A DNA stretch of 63,641 nt, counting the filler, from Jimgerdemannia flammicorona (taxonomy: Eukaryota), in the NCBI GenBank assembly GCA_003990765.1. It is 3 parts of 3 records of this genome, joined end to end, with 100 filler letters (N's around TTAATTAATTAA, not from the genome) between each part and the next. Parts side by side here need not be neighbours in the genome. Positions count along the whole stretch, not along the records: positions 21,251 to 42,399 come from RBNJ01001517.1; positions 42,500 to 63,641 come from RBNJ01001518.1; 1 more part is not named here. One strand, given 5' to 3'. Shown here piece by piece: positions 37,861-51,800 of the stretch. The number at the start of each line of letters is the position of its first letter. Position 1 is the stretch's first letter. A program made the translations under genes and the position numbers. Below the pieces are notes generated by a model. It worked only from the letters and a program-made list of their open reading frames with translations, did not search any database and was not told the DNA's origin.

Positions 37861-39691
37861 CTGTGTAGTAATTTGTCAGGGCGGCCTCCATTGACAACAG
37901 CAGAATATGACATTGACGCTGGACGAGGCGTACTTGCCGACGATACAACGCAGGTCCAGGCTGTAGACTGGCGAAGGGCGGTGTTTTTTGAGCCGGAGCC
38001 AGATTTTTTTTTTTTTTTTTTTGGAAAGTCAACGGTCTATTGCGGTTGTGGGTGATGGCATAATTTTTTGATATGTGCTGATGACAAAAGACCCCTGACC
38101 AGCTCCTTTGTCGAATTTGTCAAATTGTCACACGCGCTCGTAAAAAATACTCATCATAGCAATATTCTACTTCGAATCTGGCTCCGGCATCTTGCAATGC
38201 CGTGACTCGTCACCGGCAAGCATATGGTTGGGTGGAAACATGCCAGGGTAACAAACATAGTTGCATGAAAAAGAAATTTTGTCTCGAAAATGACGCGCAC
38301 ATCTACGGCAAATAGAAATTATCTGCTCGGAGTGCCTTTGTAGAAGAAGGAGATGGATGTAAATGAATCAGAAAAAGGTTATAAAACCCTGCTGTCATGC
38401 ATCCCGGTGACTGAATATAACCTGGCAAACGAAATATAACGTACCCAGTGGGCTGACGGATTTCTTCGCGGAGTGGCGCATGTGGAAACAAATAAACGGT
38501 ATGTTCGCAAATGAATGCTACATGGTGTGGTTATTTGGGTTATGAAATGGGTATGGGGCGATTCGGCAACGTGTAATGAGAGCTGTGAAGCGAAAAGCTT
38601 TTAGCTTATAAGAGTCGCTCATCAAAGAGCCGAAATCAAAGTCATATGCCGTCACTGCTTGTGTCGCGCCGATAGGTGATAAAGGGTTGGTAATATGGTG
38701 GAATATTATACGCGCTGAATCCATTGTTTAAGGATATCATTGCCGCATTTTATGGTGTTGGCGGTTGAATTAATTGGTATTTTCTACCGTACAGGAGTGT
38801 ATCAACAGTTTTTATATTTCAACACGGCTACTGTGAAACTGATGTCGAGGCTGTGATGTCACTAGAGTATGGCGTCACCATCAAACCATCGAGGCCCACA
38901 AGCCATTCGCCACCATCGTCGTCATCACAGCGCTCCATCCAATGGGCAATCGCACACTTGTTAGAAATTTTTAATCTGACATCAAACTACTGAATTGCAT
39001 AATTTTTCTCTCGCACCCACCATAATGACTAGGTCCGGGCATCCGATGTGATTCTCCCCTATTGGCACAGATTGCTGTTGCTCCTGTCATATGGCTGTGG
39101 GTAGGGCTTTCAGGATACCAGGATACCAGGGGCGATTCCAGGACACCGGGTTACCAGGTCACCAGGGGCGAAAGAGTGCCGGGGAGGGATAGGGCGGCGG
39201 GCACTATAAAGATACAGCTGGTTTTTTATTAATTATAAAGTTATTAAATTAATAAAATAAAGTATTATAATAATAGATAATAATAAATTGGAGAAAAATA
39301 TAATAAATATAATGGTGTCCTCCTAAGGGTCTAAATTTATATCGGGTTTTCCAAACGCAAATAAGGAAGTGCGAGTAACGAGGTTGGCGAATGACCACGT
39401 GATGGGGTTATAGAAAACAGACAAAAGAAACTTCCCAACTTCAATCGCTGTCAAGCGACAATCTATTGTCCACACTCCAAGTTGCCACCCGCTGCAAATA
39501 TTCGTCCAACAGCCAGTCGTCGCACGCGCAAAGCGTCGCTCTTAGTCATCTCTCAGCCGACCGTCGTCCCCCACAGCTAATTACCCCTTGGCCACTATCG
39601 TTAACACAGCACCTCACCTCAGTCAGCTACAACTCGTCATAGGCGAGCAGGCAAATTATTGCGGTAAATCGTTGCTATTCGACATCCCCAG

Positions 39692-39725
39692 CGAGGCTGA
39701 TTGTCACCGAGGCTGATTGTCACCG
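39692..39725. repeat. Perfect 16-bp tandem duplication
   Basis: cgaggctgattgtcac x2. Confidence 0.9.
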
Positions 39726-40189
39726 TTGTCCCTAAGCAGTAAGGCTTCGCCAACGGAGTAAATTCGCAAGTTGTCACTCTTCATTATCCTTCATCATTCC
39801 TCCTCCAGTGGCAAGTTGTCGCTCACTTGCAAATCGGCCTCAAGTCGTAAATCGTCGGCCAGCGGCAAGTTGTCGCCCAGCTTCAGGAGACGGAAATTGC
39901 GTACGTATACATAGACATAGGAAAGAATTGTCGGTGGGTCAGTCAGTGATTTTTATGGTAGGAAATGCGAGAGGGAAAAGAACGTTTGTTGGTATTGGGA
40001 TGGTCGTATTGTGGTGTGGTGTGGAGAAATAGGAAAGGCTGGAATATTCGGTTTAGGGAACGGCAGTATGGATTGTGCACTTTCAATCAGTCGGTCATAA
40101 TTTCATTTTCTTATTTCATTTACGACCGTGACTCAGAATGGATCGAAGACCGTGTCCGTGAGCGTAATGTATTCGAATTTGCATAAATT

Positions 40190-40948
40190 GGGCTGGCCCG
40201 AGAGGCATACGAGTTTGGCAACTACAAGAACAAGGACCGCGCGACTTCTCCACCATCCTGGTCTTCCTGTATCATAAAACCCTTCGCAATCATGCCTCTC
40301 AACGTCATGATCCGTTTCCGGTCGACTTCATCTATCTGGTCACAGCTTCACGACGTATGCCTCACACATCACTGCCTCGATCCATCCCTTATATCGAGAC
40401 AATCATGCAATCGCCCGCGTGACCTGGAGTACGTAATGTGCAACAGTGCGGAACCTCGGCCCCTGTACGCGTTCAACAGCCCACTCGAGATATTCCCAGA
40501 TTGGTTCACGCGCTTCATCAGGGTGATCGAGCTCCACACCTACCATCTGTGACATCGTCTTCCTCGGCGAGAATGGTGTCTCCTCATTGGCAAGCTAATT
40601 CGGCTGAAGCCGTCGCCAACGCCTCCTCCCGCCGAGTTTCCCCAAACCATCTGCGCCGCCAGATGCTACCGACCTCAAGGTCCTGAGCAGGTTCCCAGCG
40701 CTCGAGAACCTTGGCATTGGCTAGAGCGCCGTCGGCAACGTTGCCAGCGATTTCAAGTCCCTGAAGCAGCTGAAAATGACGAAAACCCATCTGACACAAT
40801 TCGACCTGAGAAAGCCGCTGTCGCCGCCCATGGACCCCACACTTTCACCTTAATTACCGGTCCCCATTGGAACAGCGACTCCGCCTCGTCGTACTTTCCC
40901 TTGCATTTGCAGAGTAACCAGATGTACGTCAGGAAGCTGGTGCACTAA
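40190..40948 (+). pseudogene. Possible fragmented gene with LRR-like segments
   Basis: GC-rich coding-like block; one frame reads DLKVLSRFPALENLGIG*...FKSLKQLKMTKTHLTQFDL. Confidence 0.35.
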
Positions 40949-41874
40949 AAGTATATTGTCATGATATGACATGTGGTGTGTGCCAGGATCGTTTCAAGTT
41001 TGGTGCCACTTCTCATTTTTGGCTTTGTGATTTGTCCGCAAACGGGCATTCGGTTGGAAATGAAAAAAGTAATAGATTTCGGTCAGTCCTTTGTGGGCAG
41101 CATGAAACTTCTTTGTCATTGATTGGCTAGACTCCAATAGTTACAGGCAAATATATATGCTTGTTATTTTGGGAGGTGCTCAAGAAAAGGCCATATTAAC
41201 ATAACTCCTTTCAATACGAAACTCATAATAATGATGTCTTCTTGTCAGAGTAACCGGTACTTCGACAACATATCCTTATTTAGGATTTCTATTGACGTAC
41301 AGATTATAAAAGAATAAATCCATATCGCAATTACTTTAGCTTCATGAAAGGGTTTCTTTGTATGTAATTGACGTTTGCACTTATTTGATTATTTTGTCTA
41401 ATGTCGCCTCCGACAATAATATGTACAAGAATAATCAATATTACAATTGCTGTAGCCGTAGGAAAGTTATCGGAATATTTATTTACAAGGATTGGTAAAT
41501 TAAATTTGCCATTGCATCACAGAGATTGTCACCATGGACTATTCTCCGCTCTCCCAATCCTCCTTCCAATTTCGCTCCATAAAGCCAACCGCCCGTCCCT
41601 CGCCCAAAGTACCATCAGAACATTGCTCGACAGCGTGCGCTACATGGCGCCCAATTCAAATATGTATACCACACCGTCCAAAACCTCACGCCAGGGCGAG
41701 GTGGCGGGTAGGAAATTTATGTGCAAATGCGATTGGCCCATCATGTCATATGACACATCTCGGCAGAATTTCCGAACTTGCTTGCTGATAAGGTCACTCT
41801 CCCATATTATTTTATATTTTATGATCGGACATTGTGTCATCCTTGATAAGGTGTAAAGAAAGAGTTGTCTGCAA

Positions 41875-42399
41875 TAGTACTATGCTATATTTGAGAATTA
41901 AATTTAGATATTATAATCTAATATATATTTATTCTTTGATTTTAATTTTATTTCAGATTATATATTATAATATATATTTTTAATATATAATATTTTTAAA
42001 TATAATATTATTTCAAATTTAATAGTTTACTTTGCAATTTTAAAATCTTTTTTATATTTTGAAAATACATATAATTAATATATCTAATTTTAAATTATAT
42101 AGGTTAATATTTACATTAAATATAATATAAAATAAATTTCCAATATGTTATGTTATATTTATTTTATAAGTATATCTAACATTTCTGTTAACAGTTATCT
42201 GATCTTAAAGATATAAGAAAATTCTCTAACTATAAAAAATTTTTACTTATATAGTTAAAAGATGACTTATAGAAAAATAAATTATAACTTAATTATAATA
42301 TAGCTAGCAAACTTATATAAATATGTAATCTAAATCTTTTAGTTAATAAATTTTAAATTAAAATGGATAAAGTAAAAATTATGTATTTTTTTTTTTTTT
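41875..42399. mobile_element. Extremely AT-rich decayed repeat, possibly a hAT end
   Basis: Abrupt compositional switch starting TAGTACT, like the terminus at 58861. Confidence 0.3.
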
Positions 42400-42499
42400 N
42401 NNNNNNNNNNNNNNNNNNNNNNNNNNNNNNNNNNNNNNNNNNNTTAATTAATTAANNNNNNNNNNNNNNNNNNNNNNNNNNNNNNNNNNNNNNNNNNNN
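42400..42499. other. Assembly gap linker
   Basis: N44-TTAATTAATTAA-N44. Confidence 0.98.
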
Positions 42500-42626
42500 A
42501 AAAAAAAACTCCCACCTTCCAATTTACCCCAGTATTATTATTGGAATAGTAACTTGATATATTAATATATAATTATGCCATTTTATCAGTTTTACATCAT
42601 TTATTAGTAATATATGAAATATATAT

Positions 42627-45600
42627 AACACTTTTCTTTAATAATATTTAGGTTATATAAACTTTAAGCAACTCTTTTGATATCATTTTTGGAGATAAGA
42701 TATTAACAACATGGTAACTATTGAGTATTCTGAGATGTATGCTGGGCAGGGTGGCCCTAGTGTGTTCAACTGATAGTATGTAGAGTGGAGCCATAACTTG
42801 GGGGAAAGTATAAGGGGCTTATTGGCAGGAGGACATAGAAGGAGAGAGGGCAGCATTAGAGGACAAGAGACTAAGAGGATAAGTTTCACAGATAAGGTAG
42901 AGAGAGGTCAGCTGACAGTAATGACTGAGCTAGAGGGCTGGCTGAGGAAGGGCAAGGAGACAGCAGAGGCTGTAGGTTCTGAGAGAGCAGCCTATGAAAG
43001 TAAGAGCAGTAGGGCTGAGAGAGTAGTAGCTGAGGAGAGTAGGACTGCTGATAGTGGGGGGACTACTAATCTAAAAAAAAAATCCAGATGTGACAGTTGA
43101 TGGTAGATTTGGACAGAGGGGGGCATGAGGCCCAGAGTTCTGAGATAGTATGATGGGACTAGTGGTAGTACTGTTACTTAGAAAATTGAGGTCTAAATCT
43201 ATTATCACATTGTACTTCCAAGACTTAGTAGTTATAGTAAGAATAATTCTGGGGCTTCTGGCTCAGGAAGTGAAGGGGACCACTTCAGTGAAGTTTTTGA
43301 AGAGACAGAAGGAGTGGAGGTTGGCTTCAAGCAGGAGGAAGTGCTGTTGAAGATGATAGAGAAGAGAGTGGTAGTAGGGGGGGTGGCAATCCTCATAATA
43401 TAGTGCTTGCACTGAGATCCTCAAGTGGTACAGTTGATGGTACTGGATATACCAACCATATCAAAGGAAATAGCCAGGAGGTTGATTGTGAAGGCTATCA
43501 AGAAGTATGAGGAGATTGTAGATATTGGATTTTGGATCTGGGAGGGCACTGAATTCAGGACTAAAGATATGAATATCAGGGTGTAGCTAGTGGGTAAGGA
43601 GAATATGGGGAAGATGAGAAACTGGCTAGCAGTTCTAAAGTAGAGCCCTGTGGAATGCAAGGTCTTGCAGATGAAGGAGATGCTGGAAGAAGAAAAGAAC
43701 TTATTGAAGATATTGAAGGACCTGGCTGGAGCTGTGGAGAGGAGGCAACTGACCTAGAAGGAGTATGAGACCAAGACAGTTTTCAAGATTATCAATGACA
43801 AGAGGGTGTAGCTGGATCAGGCTGCCTGAGAGCAGGCATAGGGGAGGCAGATTCAGAAGGAGCTATTGGTAAAGTTGGGAGGGGGGATGGCAGAGGGGAC
43901 CACAGCTGAAGATACTGATTTGTGAGCAAGTATTTGGATGGGAGAGGAGGGGGTGACTCCAGAGGTGCCCCAGAGAGCAGGAGGTAGTGTTGGATTGAGT
44001 GTGGTCATGGAAGATATAAAGATAATCAAGAGGGAGCATCCTCAGTATAGAGTGCTAGATGGGGCTACTGGTGAGAAGGAACTACAGAATGTACTGGAGG
44101 AGGATTGAGATAAGTTGGTGAGATGGAATACTTAGGGAGGATGGGTAGAGGGGGTGAAGAGTGTGGCTAAGAGAGTTGCAGAGACTGTGGATAAAGAGAA
44201 GTAGCTGTGGAAAACACTAGAGAATGTAGTGGTAGAAGAGCTGGGAGAGGACTTTTGGGTACTAAGCAAGAGACACTGGGGTGAAATTCTACATAGTGAG
44301 AAGGTGCTAAGAAAAATTCATGATGAGATAATGGTAGCATTGCTGGAGGCTGAGGCCTATCAAATAGATGATAACAGAGAGACAGTGCTCAGAACAATTG
44401 TGAATAATCATATAGCATATATGTGGAGTCTGAGGAAGAGACTGAAAAAGTAGCAGGTTGTATATAAGGAGTACCAGTCAGAGATAGAGGCTGTGAATGG
44501 GGTAGACTGTCAGGAGACCTTAGTGGCACTGAATGCTCAGCAGAGAGAGGCAGATGAGATTGCAGCAGAGAGGAACTTAGATCTTATGGGTGATGAGATG
44601 AGTATGAAATTATAGGATAAGCACTTCCTTTCAAAAAACATTATTCAATATGAACAGTGCAACTAGAATCTTCTCTTTGAATATCAATGGACTAAGGGGT
44701 GTGATGAGATGATGAAATATCTTTAGCTGACTAAAGAGGCTAGATGCAGATCTTTTTTTATTATAGGATGTAGGTTATGATGTAGACTTGGACTTACTGA
44801 ACTGAATGAAGGAATGGAGTGGTATAGTAGTATGGCAGGGTCAGGTGGGCATTCTAGTCAGGAAGGGGGTGAGAGACATTGGGGATATTGGATATTAGGA
44901 GAGTTGATTGGTGTGAAGAGTGTGAAAGAGGCTGGGTTAGAGTCTCCTAATTGTAGAATCTTGCTATTGCTCAGCAGAAAGGTGGGAGCAAGTGGATTAG
45001 GTCCAGAGTTTGTGAGAGGCTGGTGTTCTGACAAATGTAGGGATTGACTATCTGGGAGATAACTTTAACATGATATGCAATAATAGGTTAGACAGGACTA
45101 ATAGAGAGAGGGGTATAGTAGGAAGGAGTGGAGAGATGGAGAACTAAGAGAAGATTGAGAGACTGAGTTCTTTGGTAGATACCAGGTAACTTGGATGAGT
45201 AGATCATAGGGTCTATACTCACTAGATGATAGAACTGAGATTCTGAATAGACTGGGTATTGATAGCTGAGTACTGGGGTGTAGATGTCTGGAGTGTGATT
45301 GAGACAGTCTGGTGCCCTTGATCAGACCACTGGGAGTTGCTGGGCAGAGTGAGATTTGGGGGTAGTGGAGATGAGTCTGGACATTAGTACCTGAATACCA
45401 CATTACTGGAGGATAGTATCTTGTGGAGAGAATGGGTGATAGATGTTAGTACTAAGGTTGTGGGCTGGAGGGCACAAGGGGAGATTGGGGATCATTAGCA
45501 GTAGTTGAAATCTGATACTCAGTAGTTTTGGAGTGAGGTGAGGAGAGGAAGGGGGGCCTAGCAGAGACAGTATGCTAAGTAGGCTTCATAGAGACTGGTG

Positions 45601-48385
45601 ACTCTACTGGAGAGATAGACTGGATCATTGGAGGACTGCAGGATAGGAGACTAGAGGATTCAGTGGATCCAGCAGGAGGTGGAAGAACTGAAGGGGCTGC
45701 TTAGATAGGAGGAGAAATTGCAGATGAAAGAGCTAGTTGCTCAGATGATAGGGTATAGAGGAGGGAGAGCAGCCTACTAAATATTTGTCAAGGCTACTAT
45801 AGGCAAGAAGGACAAGGCAGTAATGGGAAAGAGTGTTGAATAAGGTAGAGGATATAGTGACTGGGATACTGGAGATCTTGGGTCTATTGAAGTCTTACTA
45901 GAGATGGCTGTGGAGTAAGAAGAAAGGGAGAGAAGATGCCCTAAGCATCAAAAGACTACTAGAGGATTGGCACCTAGATTTGGTAGCAGGTCTGGGTGAA
46001 CTTGGAGCCCTGATAAGTAGAGAGGAGATATATCAAGTCTTGGTGATGATGAGTATAGAGATAGTCTCTAGAGAGAATGGATTGCCTTGGGATTTTTAGA
46101 AGAAGATGGCTGATGTTGAGATTGTATTAAAAGAGATAGTGTAGATATATAAAAAGGTTATCATCTCAGAGTTCTGAATTGGAGAACAGTATCTGGGGCT
46201 TGTTGCTCTGTTGTATAAAGACAAGGAGAGAAGAGAGGATTGGAAGAACTAGAGACCAATCATGCTTCTGGATATGGATCACAAGTTGGTGATAAAGATT
46301 TTAGTAGTCAGGCTATAAGGGGTGGCTCAGCAGGTGCTAGGAGTAGAGTAGAGGGGCTTTATTGGGAGCTAGTTGATTCAAGATAGAATGGCATAGGTCT
46401 ATGGTATTATTGAGAGTACTCATGCAGCCAGGGTTAATAGTTTCCTATTCTTTCTGGATTAAGAGAAGGTATATAACAGAGTTTGGCATAGAGTATTGAA
46501 GCAAATAGAGATTTCTCCAGAGTTTAGGAGATCTTTGATTTGTCTATTAGAGGAGAGTTAGGTAGCTATTATAATAAACAGGTACAGGAGAGAGTTCTTC
46601 CCCCTGGGCAGAGGAGTGCTGCAAGGAGACCCACTGTCACTGATTCTCTATACTCTCTTATTAGAGCCCTTGTTGGACAGAATTCAGTGCAGAGTTGAGG
46701 GTTTGAACATTTTAAGAGTGAACTGGAAGATTGGGATCTTTGCTAATAATATAATAGTCAGGCTAGGCTCTGTAGAGGATGTGGCAGTACTGAAGAGTAC
46801 AGTGAAATAGTATGAGAGATGTTTGGGTGCTAGGCTCAATTGACATAAGTGTGAGACTCTGGCCCTAGATAGAGGGATAGTTGGGGGTAATGTGATCAGT
46901 ATAGTAGTCTTAGCTGATAAAGCAGTCTGCTACTTGGAGATTTATTTTTCAATATATGGTTTCCTACTGCCTTGTGGCTGGTGGGAGCAGTAGCTTCTAG
47001 CTTAGAGAAATGTTCTTTTGGGGTAGAGAGGCTGGTATACATATCTCTCTGGTAGGGAGAGTGATGGTACTGAATGTATACTGGCTGCTGAAGCTATAGT
47101 ATATTGAATATTACTTGGAATTTCCAGTATAGGTGGTTAAGAGATTGTTGAAGATAGTTAGGTCATGGATTTGAGTGGAATGGTGGAGTCAGATCAGCTG
47201 GAAAGTATTGATATTATCTGTTGACAGAGATGAACTGAGCCTGGTGGACTTCACCAAGTATCTGCATTGCTTGAGAGTATAGTGGCTGAAGTAAGCAAGT
47301 GAATTGTGAGGTCGAGAGTAGGTACCTCTTATATAGAGAGTATGGGAAGTTCAGTGCTTCCCCCAGGACATAACTGGTGACCTGCTCTCTCTGGTGGCTC
47401 TTGAAGGAAGTCAGAAGATACACTATAGAGAATTCTGGTAGAGAGTGGTGGATAGTATCCACTGTATTAGTCTCCAGTAGAGGGGAGATAAGAGAGAGGA
47501 GAAATGGGGACCACAGATGTAGAGATAGGACTGCCTACTATTAGGAGATATACTGGTGGAGAATTTTTAGCTAGAAGATAGCATAGAATATCTATGTATG
47601 AGAGTATGGGAGGGATTTGTGGTCAGAGGCATAGCAGGGGGTAGGGATCAGTGAGAAGTGGGACTGGAATAGTATCTGATCTTAGTGCAAGCAGGTGGTA
47701 AGATAGCTCTCTTCCAAGTTCTGAGTAGTATGGTAATAGATGCTGAGATATAATATAATACTGAACTATTGGTCAGGTCACTTGATAGAAGGGGGGGATT
47801 TGGAGTGTGAGGAGTATCTGGATGTTAGACAGATGAGAGGTATAGTATAGACCTCTGAGTATTAGCTTAGAGAGTGCAAGGTTCTGGGTAATTTCTGAAG
47901 AGCCATTGAGGACTAGCTGGAGTTGTGACCTTTGAGGAGAGGGGAGGGTAGAAGGTAGGATATGTAATCTCTAGCATAAGTTGGTAGAAAGAGTTGGAGA
48001 TAAGTGATTGACTTTAGGGTAGGCTCTAGCTATTTGGATTAGGCTTGTCAGACATTGGCTCTATGTATTTGAGAATGGTTAATGATTAGTGGTTGGGGTG
48101 AGGATTGTGTGATGAGAGTGGCTTCTGCTGGATATCTTGAATGATTAGTGGTGGGGGTGGGAACTGAGAGGGGAAATCTATTGGAGATTTGTAGAATGTA
48201 TTTACAAGAAGAGTAGGGGGAGAGTTTGAGTCACTGGAGAGTTGGTAACTCTCTGAAGGGATAGAGAGAGTGGGGGGATGAGGGGTCTATATGAGATTAG
48301 GTGATGGGTGGACCTGTTCTTTGTATTGATATAATATAGATTGGATGGTAATCAGTAATAAAAGCAGAAGTCTAAGTGACTATAA
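42627..48385 (+). mobile_element. Full-length L1/Tx1-like LINE, decayed, inserted in the copia LTR
   Basis: 5' AACACTTTTCTTT; ORF2 MNSATRIFSLNINGL (44650); LQGDPLS; 3' end AAGTGACTAT followed by an A/TA run. Confidence 0.92.
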
Positions 48386-48800
48386 ATATATATATATATA
48401 TATAATATAAAATATACAACCTATTCAACTTTAATAAAATTGCCTCTCTTTTTACAATAAAGGTTATGAACTCCACTAGCACTAAGTGGCTAGAGTAAAT
48501 ATATATCTCTTTAATATATACTATACTAGAAATATCAGATGACTAGCCTAGTAATATAGATATACTAATTACAAGTATTTCTACTAATAGATACAGGAAA
48601 TACAGTTTCAGTTATAAGTATAAATATAGCCAAGAGATCTATCTCAATCTTCAATAGAAATAATTATGTGATCTGGGTATTCTATATAATGAATCTTCTT
48701 AATAAATATAGCTTGATAGAGTATATGAAGCTATAAGTGCTAATTTAAGATTATGATACTACAAATGATTATCAAGCATTATATAAGATCATATTTATAC

Positions 48801-51800
48801 AACACTCTTTCTCTAGTAACATTTAGGTTATACAACCTTTTAGCAATACTCACAATATAGTTTTTGAAGAGAAGAGTCTAGTAATATAGTAACTAACATA
48901 CATTCTGAGGTGTATACTGGGCAGGGTGGCCCTAGTATATTTAGCTGGTAGTATGTGGAGAGAGGCCCTAGCTTGGGGGGGAGTATGAGGGGTCTGCTGG
49001 CAGGAGGTCATAGAAGGAGAGAGAGCAGGGTTAGAGAACAGGGGACAGGGAGAGCAAGTTTTGCAAATATGGAAAAGGAGGGTGACTGGTATCTGGGCTG
49101 GAGGGCTGGCTGAGAAAGGGTAAGAAGACAGTACAGATGACCAAGCATAAGGGTGTGGCCCTTGGTAGTAGGAGCAGTGGAGCTGAAGATATAATAGCTG
49201 GGATAAGTATGATGGCTAATAGCAGTAGAACTGCCAATCTAAAAAAAAATCCAGATATAACTGCTGATAGGAGGGCTGAGAGGATGGGGCTTGGACAGAT
49301 GGGAGACCTGGCAGATAGTGTAACAGGCCTGGCAGTGACCCTATTACTCAAGAAGTCAATCTCAGAATTTGCTATTACTTTGTGCTTCAGGGGCTTAGCA
49401 GTAATGGTGAAAATGGTGCTAGGGCTGATTGTTAAGCAAGTGACTGAAGCTGCATCTGTGAAGTTTCTGAAGGGGCTAAAAGGAGTGAAGGTTGGCTTTG
49501 AGGAGGCTGGGCCATTGGAGGAAGCACTGAAGGCTGGACTGAAGGTTAGAGAGGTATGTGTTCTGATAGTGTGCTGCTTGAGGTAGGACCCCAGGGTGGT
49601 ACAATTGCTGGTAAAAGGGGTGTCCACAGTGACTGCTGAGGAGACAAAGAGGAGAGTTGAGGAAGTCATGGTCAAGTATAGAGAGGTGGTTGATGTTGGG
49701 TTCTGGGTCTGGGAGGGGACCTCATTTCAGACTAGAAATGTTGATATTAGAATTCAGTTAGCAGGGAAGGAGGCTACTGAGAAGGCTAGAGACTGGCCTT
49801 TAGTTATGGTCTGAGGGGCTTTCTTGTACAAGATGACAAGGGTGAAGGGGAGTGAGGAGGAGGAAGAGAATCTGTTGGAGGTATTGGAGGAGCTGAGCAG
49901 TACTGTAGAGCAGAGGGCAAAGGCTTAGAAGGTGTATATCAAGTCAATATATTTGGAAGTAGTGAATGGAAAGAGGATTTAAATGAATAAGGGGCTATGG
50001 GAAAGGTCTCAAGAACATAGAAGGCAGAGAGAGCTGTTGGTAAATCTGGAAAAAAGAGTAAAGAAAGATACTAGTGATATTGAAATCATAGGGGGAGCCA
50101 AGGAGAGTGTCTGGGCTAGCAATGATAGAGAGAATACAGTGAAGGGGCCAGATGTGAGAAAGGAGGCAAAGAGATGTGACCCTTATGCAGATGATATCTT
50201 TGAGGTCTGGGAGCCTTCTCTAATTCCTATGTCTCTTATTAGATGAGGTCCAGCTTCAAGAGGTAGAGTGGTGGAGGATGTATCTATGTGGAGAGCCCAG
50301 TAAGTATACTTTAGAGTCCCTGAGGTAGCAAAGAGGGGGCAGGTGGTGGCAGTGAGCAAGGATAAACTGGTGGATGTTCAAGAGGAGGAGTAGAATGAGG
50401 CTACAAGTATAAGGGCTGATATCTTAATACTGGATGGAGGGTGGCCAGTGACTCCCAGGGAGAAGGAGGTGGGAAATCTGCTGTAGATGTGCAAGATGAT
50501 GAATAACTTTGCAATAGAGGAGTTGGGGGAGGTAGACCTGTGAGTAATGAGTGACAAGTATTAGGTATGTGTTCTGTATAGTGAGAGTGTGGTGGAGGCA
50601 TTAAAGGCAGAGATTCTTGTAATTTTTCTGGAGGAGGAAGGATATGAGGTTGATAAGGAGAGGGAGGCTGGGCTGGCAGTTACTGCTGGTGAGAGGGCTG
50701 CTTTCTGTTGGGCAGAGCAGTATAGATTACAGCTCTGGCAGGAGGTCTGCCTAGAATATTATGAGGAATTCGAGGAGAAGGAGGATGGGGAGCTCACTGA
50801 ACTTCTGGTTGAACTAGAGACTAAGAGGACTAAAGAGAAGGAGGAAGCTGCAGAATATATACTAGTCCTGGATCAGAAGGAGATGAATATAGGGCAGTAG
50901 AGGACATGCTTGCTATTATATATTATTCCTTATGAATAGTATAACCAACATTTTTTCTTTGAATATAAATGGGTTATGGGGTTTGTTTTATTGATAGAAC
51001 ATTTTTGCTTAGCTGAAGGTATTGGAGGCTGATTTCTTTCTTTTGTAGAATGTCAGATATAAGAATGATTTGAATAAACTGAAATGGACAAGGAAATGGA
51101 GAGGGGAGGCAGTTTGGCAGAATGAGGTTGGGATTCTGGTCAGGAGGGGCAGAGGGGAGGTACAAGATATATAGAACTGGAGAGACAGACTGGTTTGGGG
51201 AGAGTGGATTCACACTAGTCAAGAACTGGTTACAGTTGGATCCTGCTACTATTCTATAGTGCAGAGTGAGTGTGTAGAGTGAGTGAAGAGTCTCCAGGAG
51301 GGAGAGACTCTGGCAGAGACTAGAGTAGATGTGCTTGGCAGAGACTTTAATATGGTCAGAGATGTACTGTTGGATAGAACTAATGGAGGGTGGGGGGCAG
51401 AGAGTAATAGTAGAGGCTTGGAGATATGAGAGGAAGTAAAAAGGCTAAGTGCTTTGATGAATACTGGTAGGGGATTTTGGAGTGATAGAAGAGTATATAC
51501 ACATTGGGTGAGTAGACTGGAGACAAAGATAGACTGGATGCTGACAGCAGACTACTGGGGTCTGGATGTTTGGAGATCACTAGAGGCTGAATGGTATCTA
51601 TGGTCTGATTATTGGAGATTGCTGGGACAGGGTCATTTTGGGGGGAGTGGGGATAGCTGGGATATTGGTACCTCAACTACTCCCTGTTAGACAATAGGGT
51701 ACTATAGGATAAGTGGGCTAAGGATATTCAGCAGAGAGTGGAGGCATGGATACAGGAAGGTGCATAGGTGGATAAGGCTGAAAGAGGCTGCTAGGGTCTA

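Noticed and set aside
41401..41856. 151-aa ORF
   Set aside because: No motif or codon bias; probably spurious
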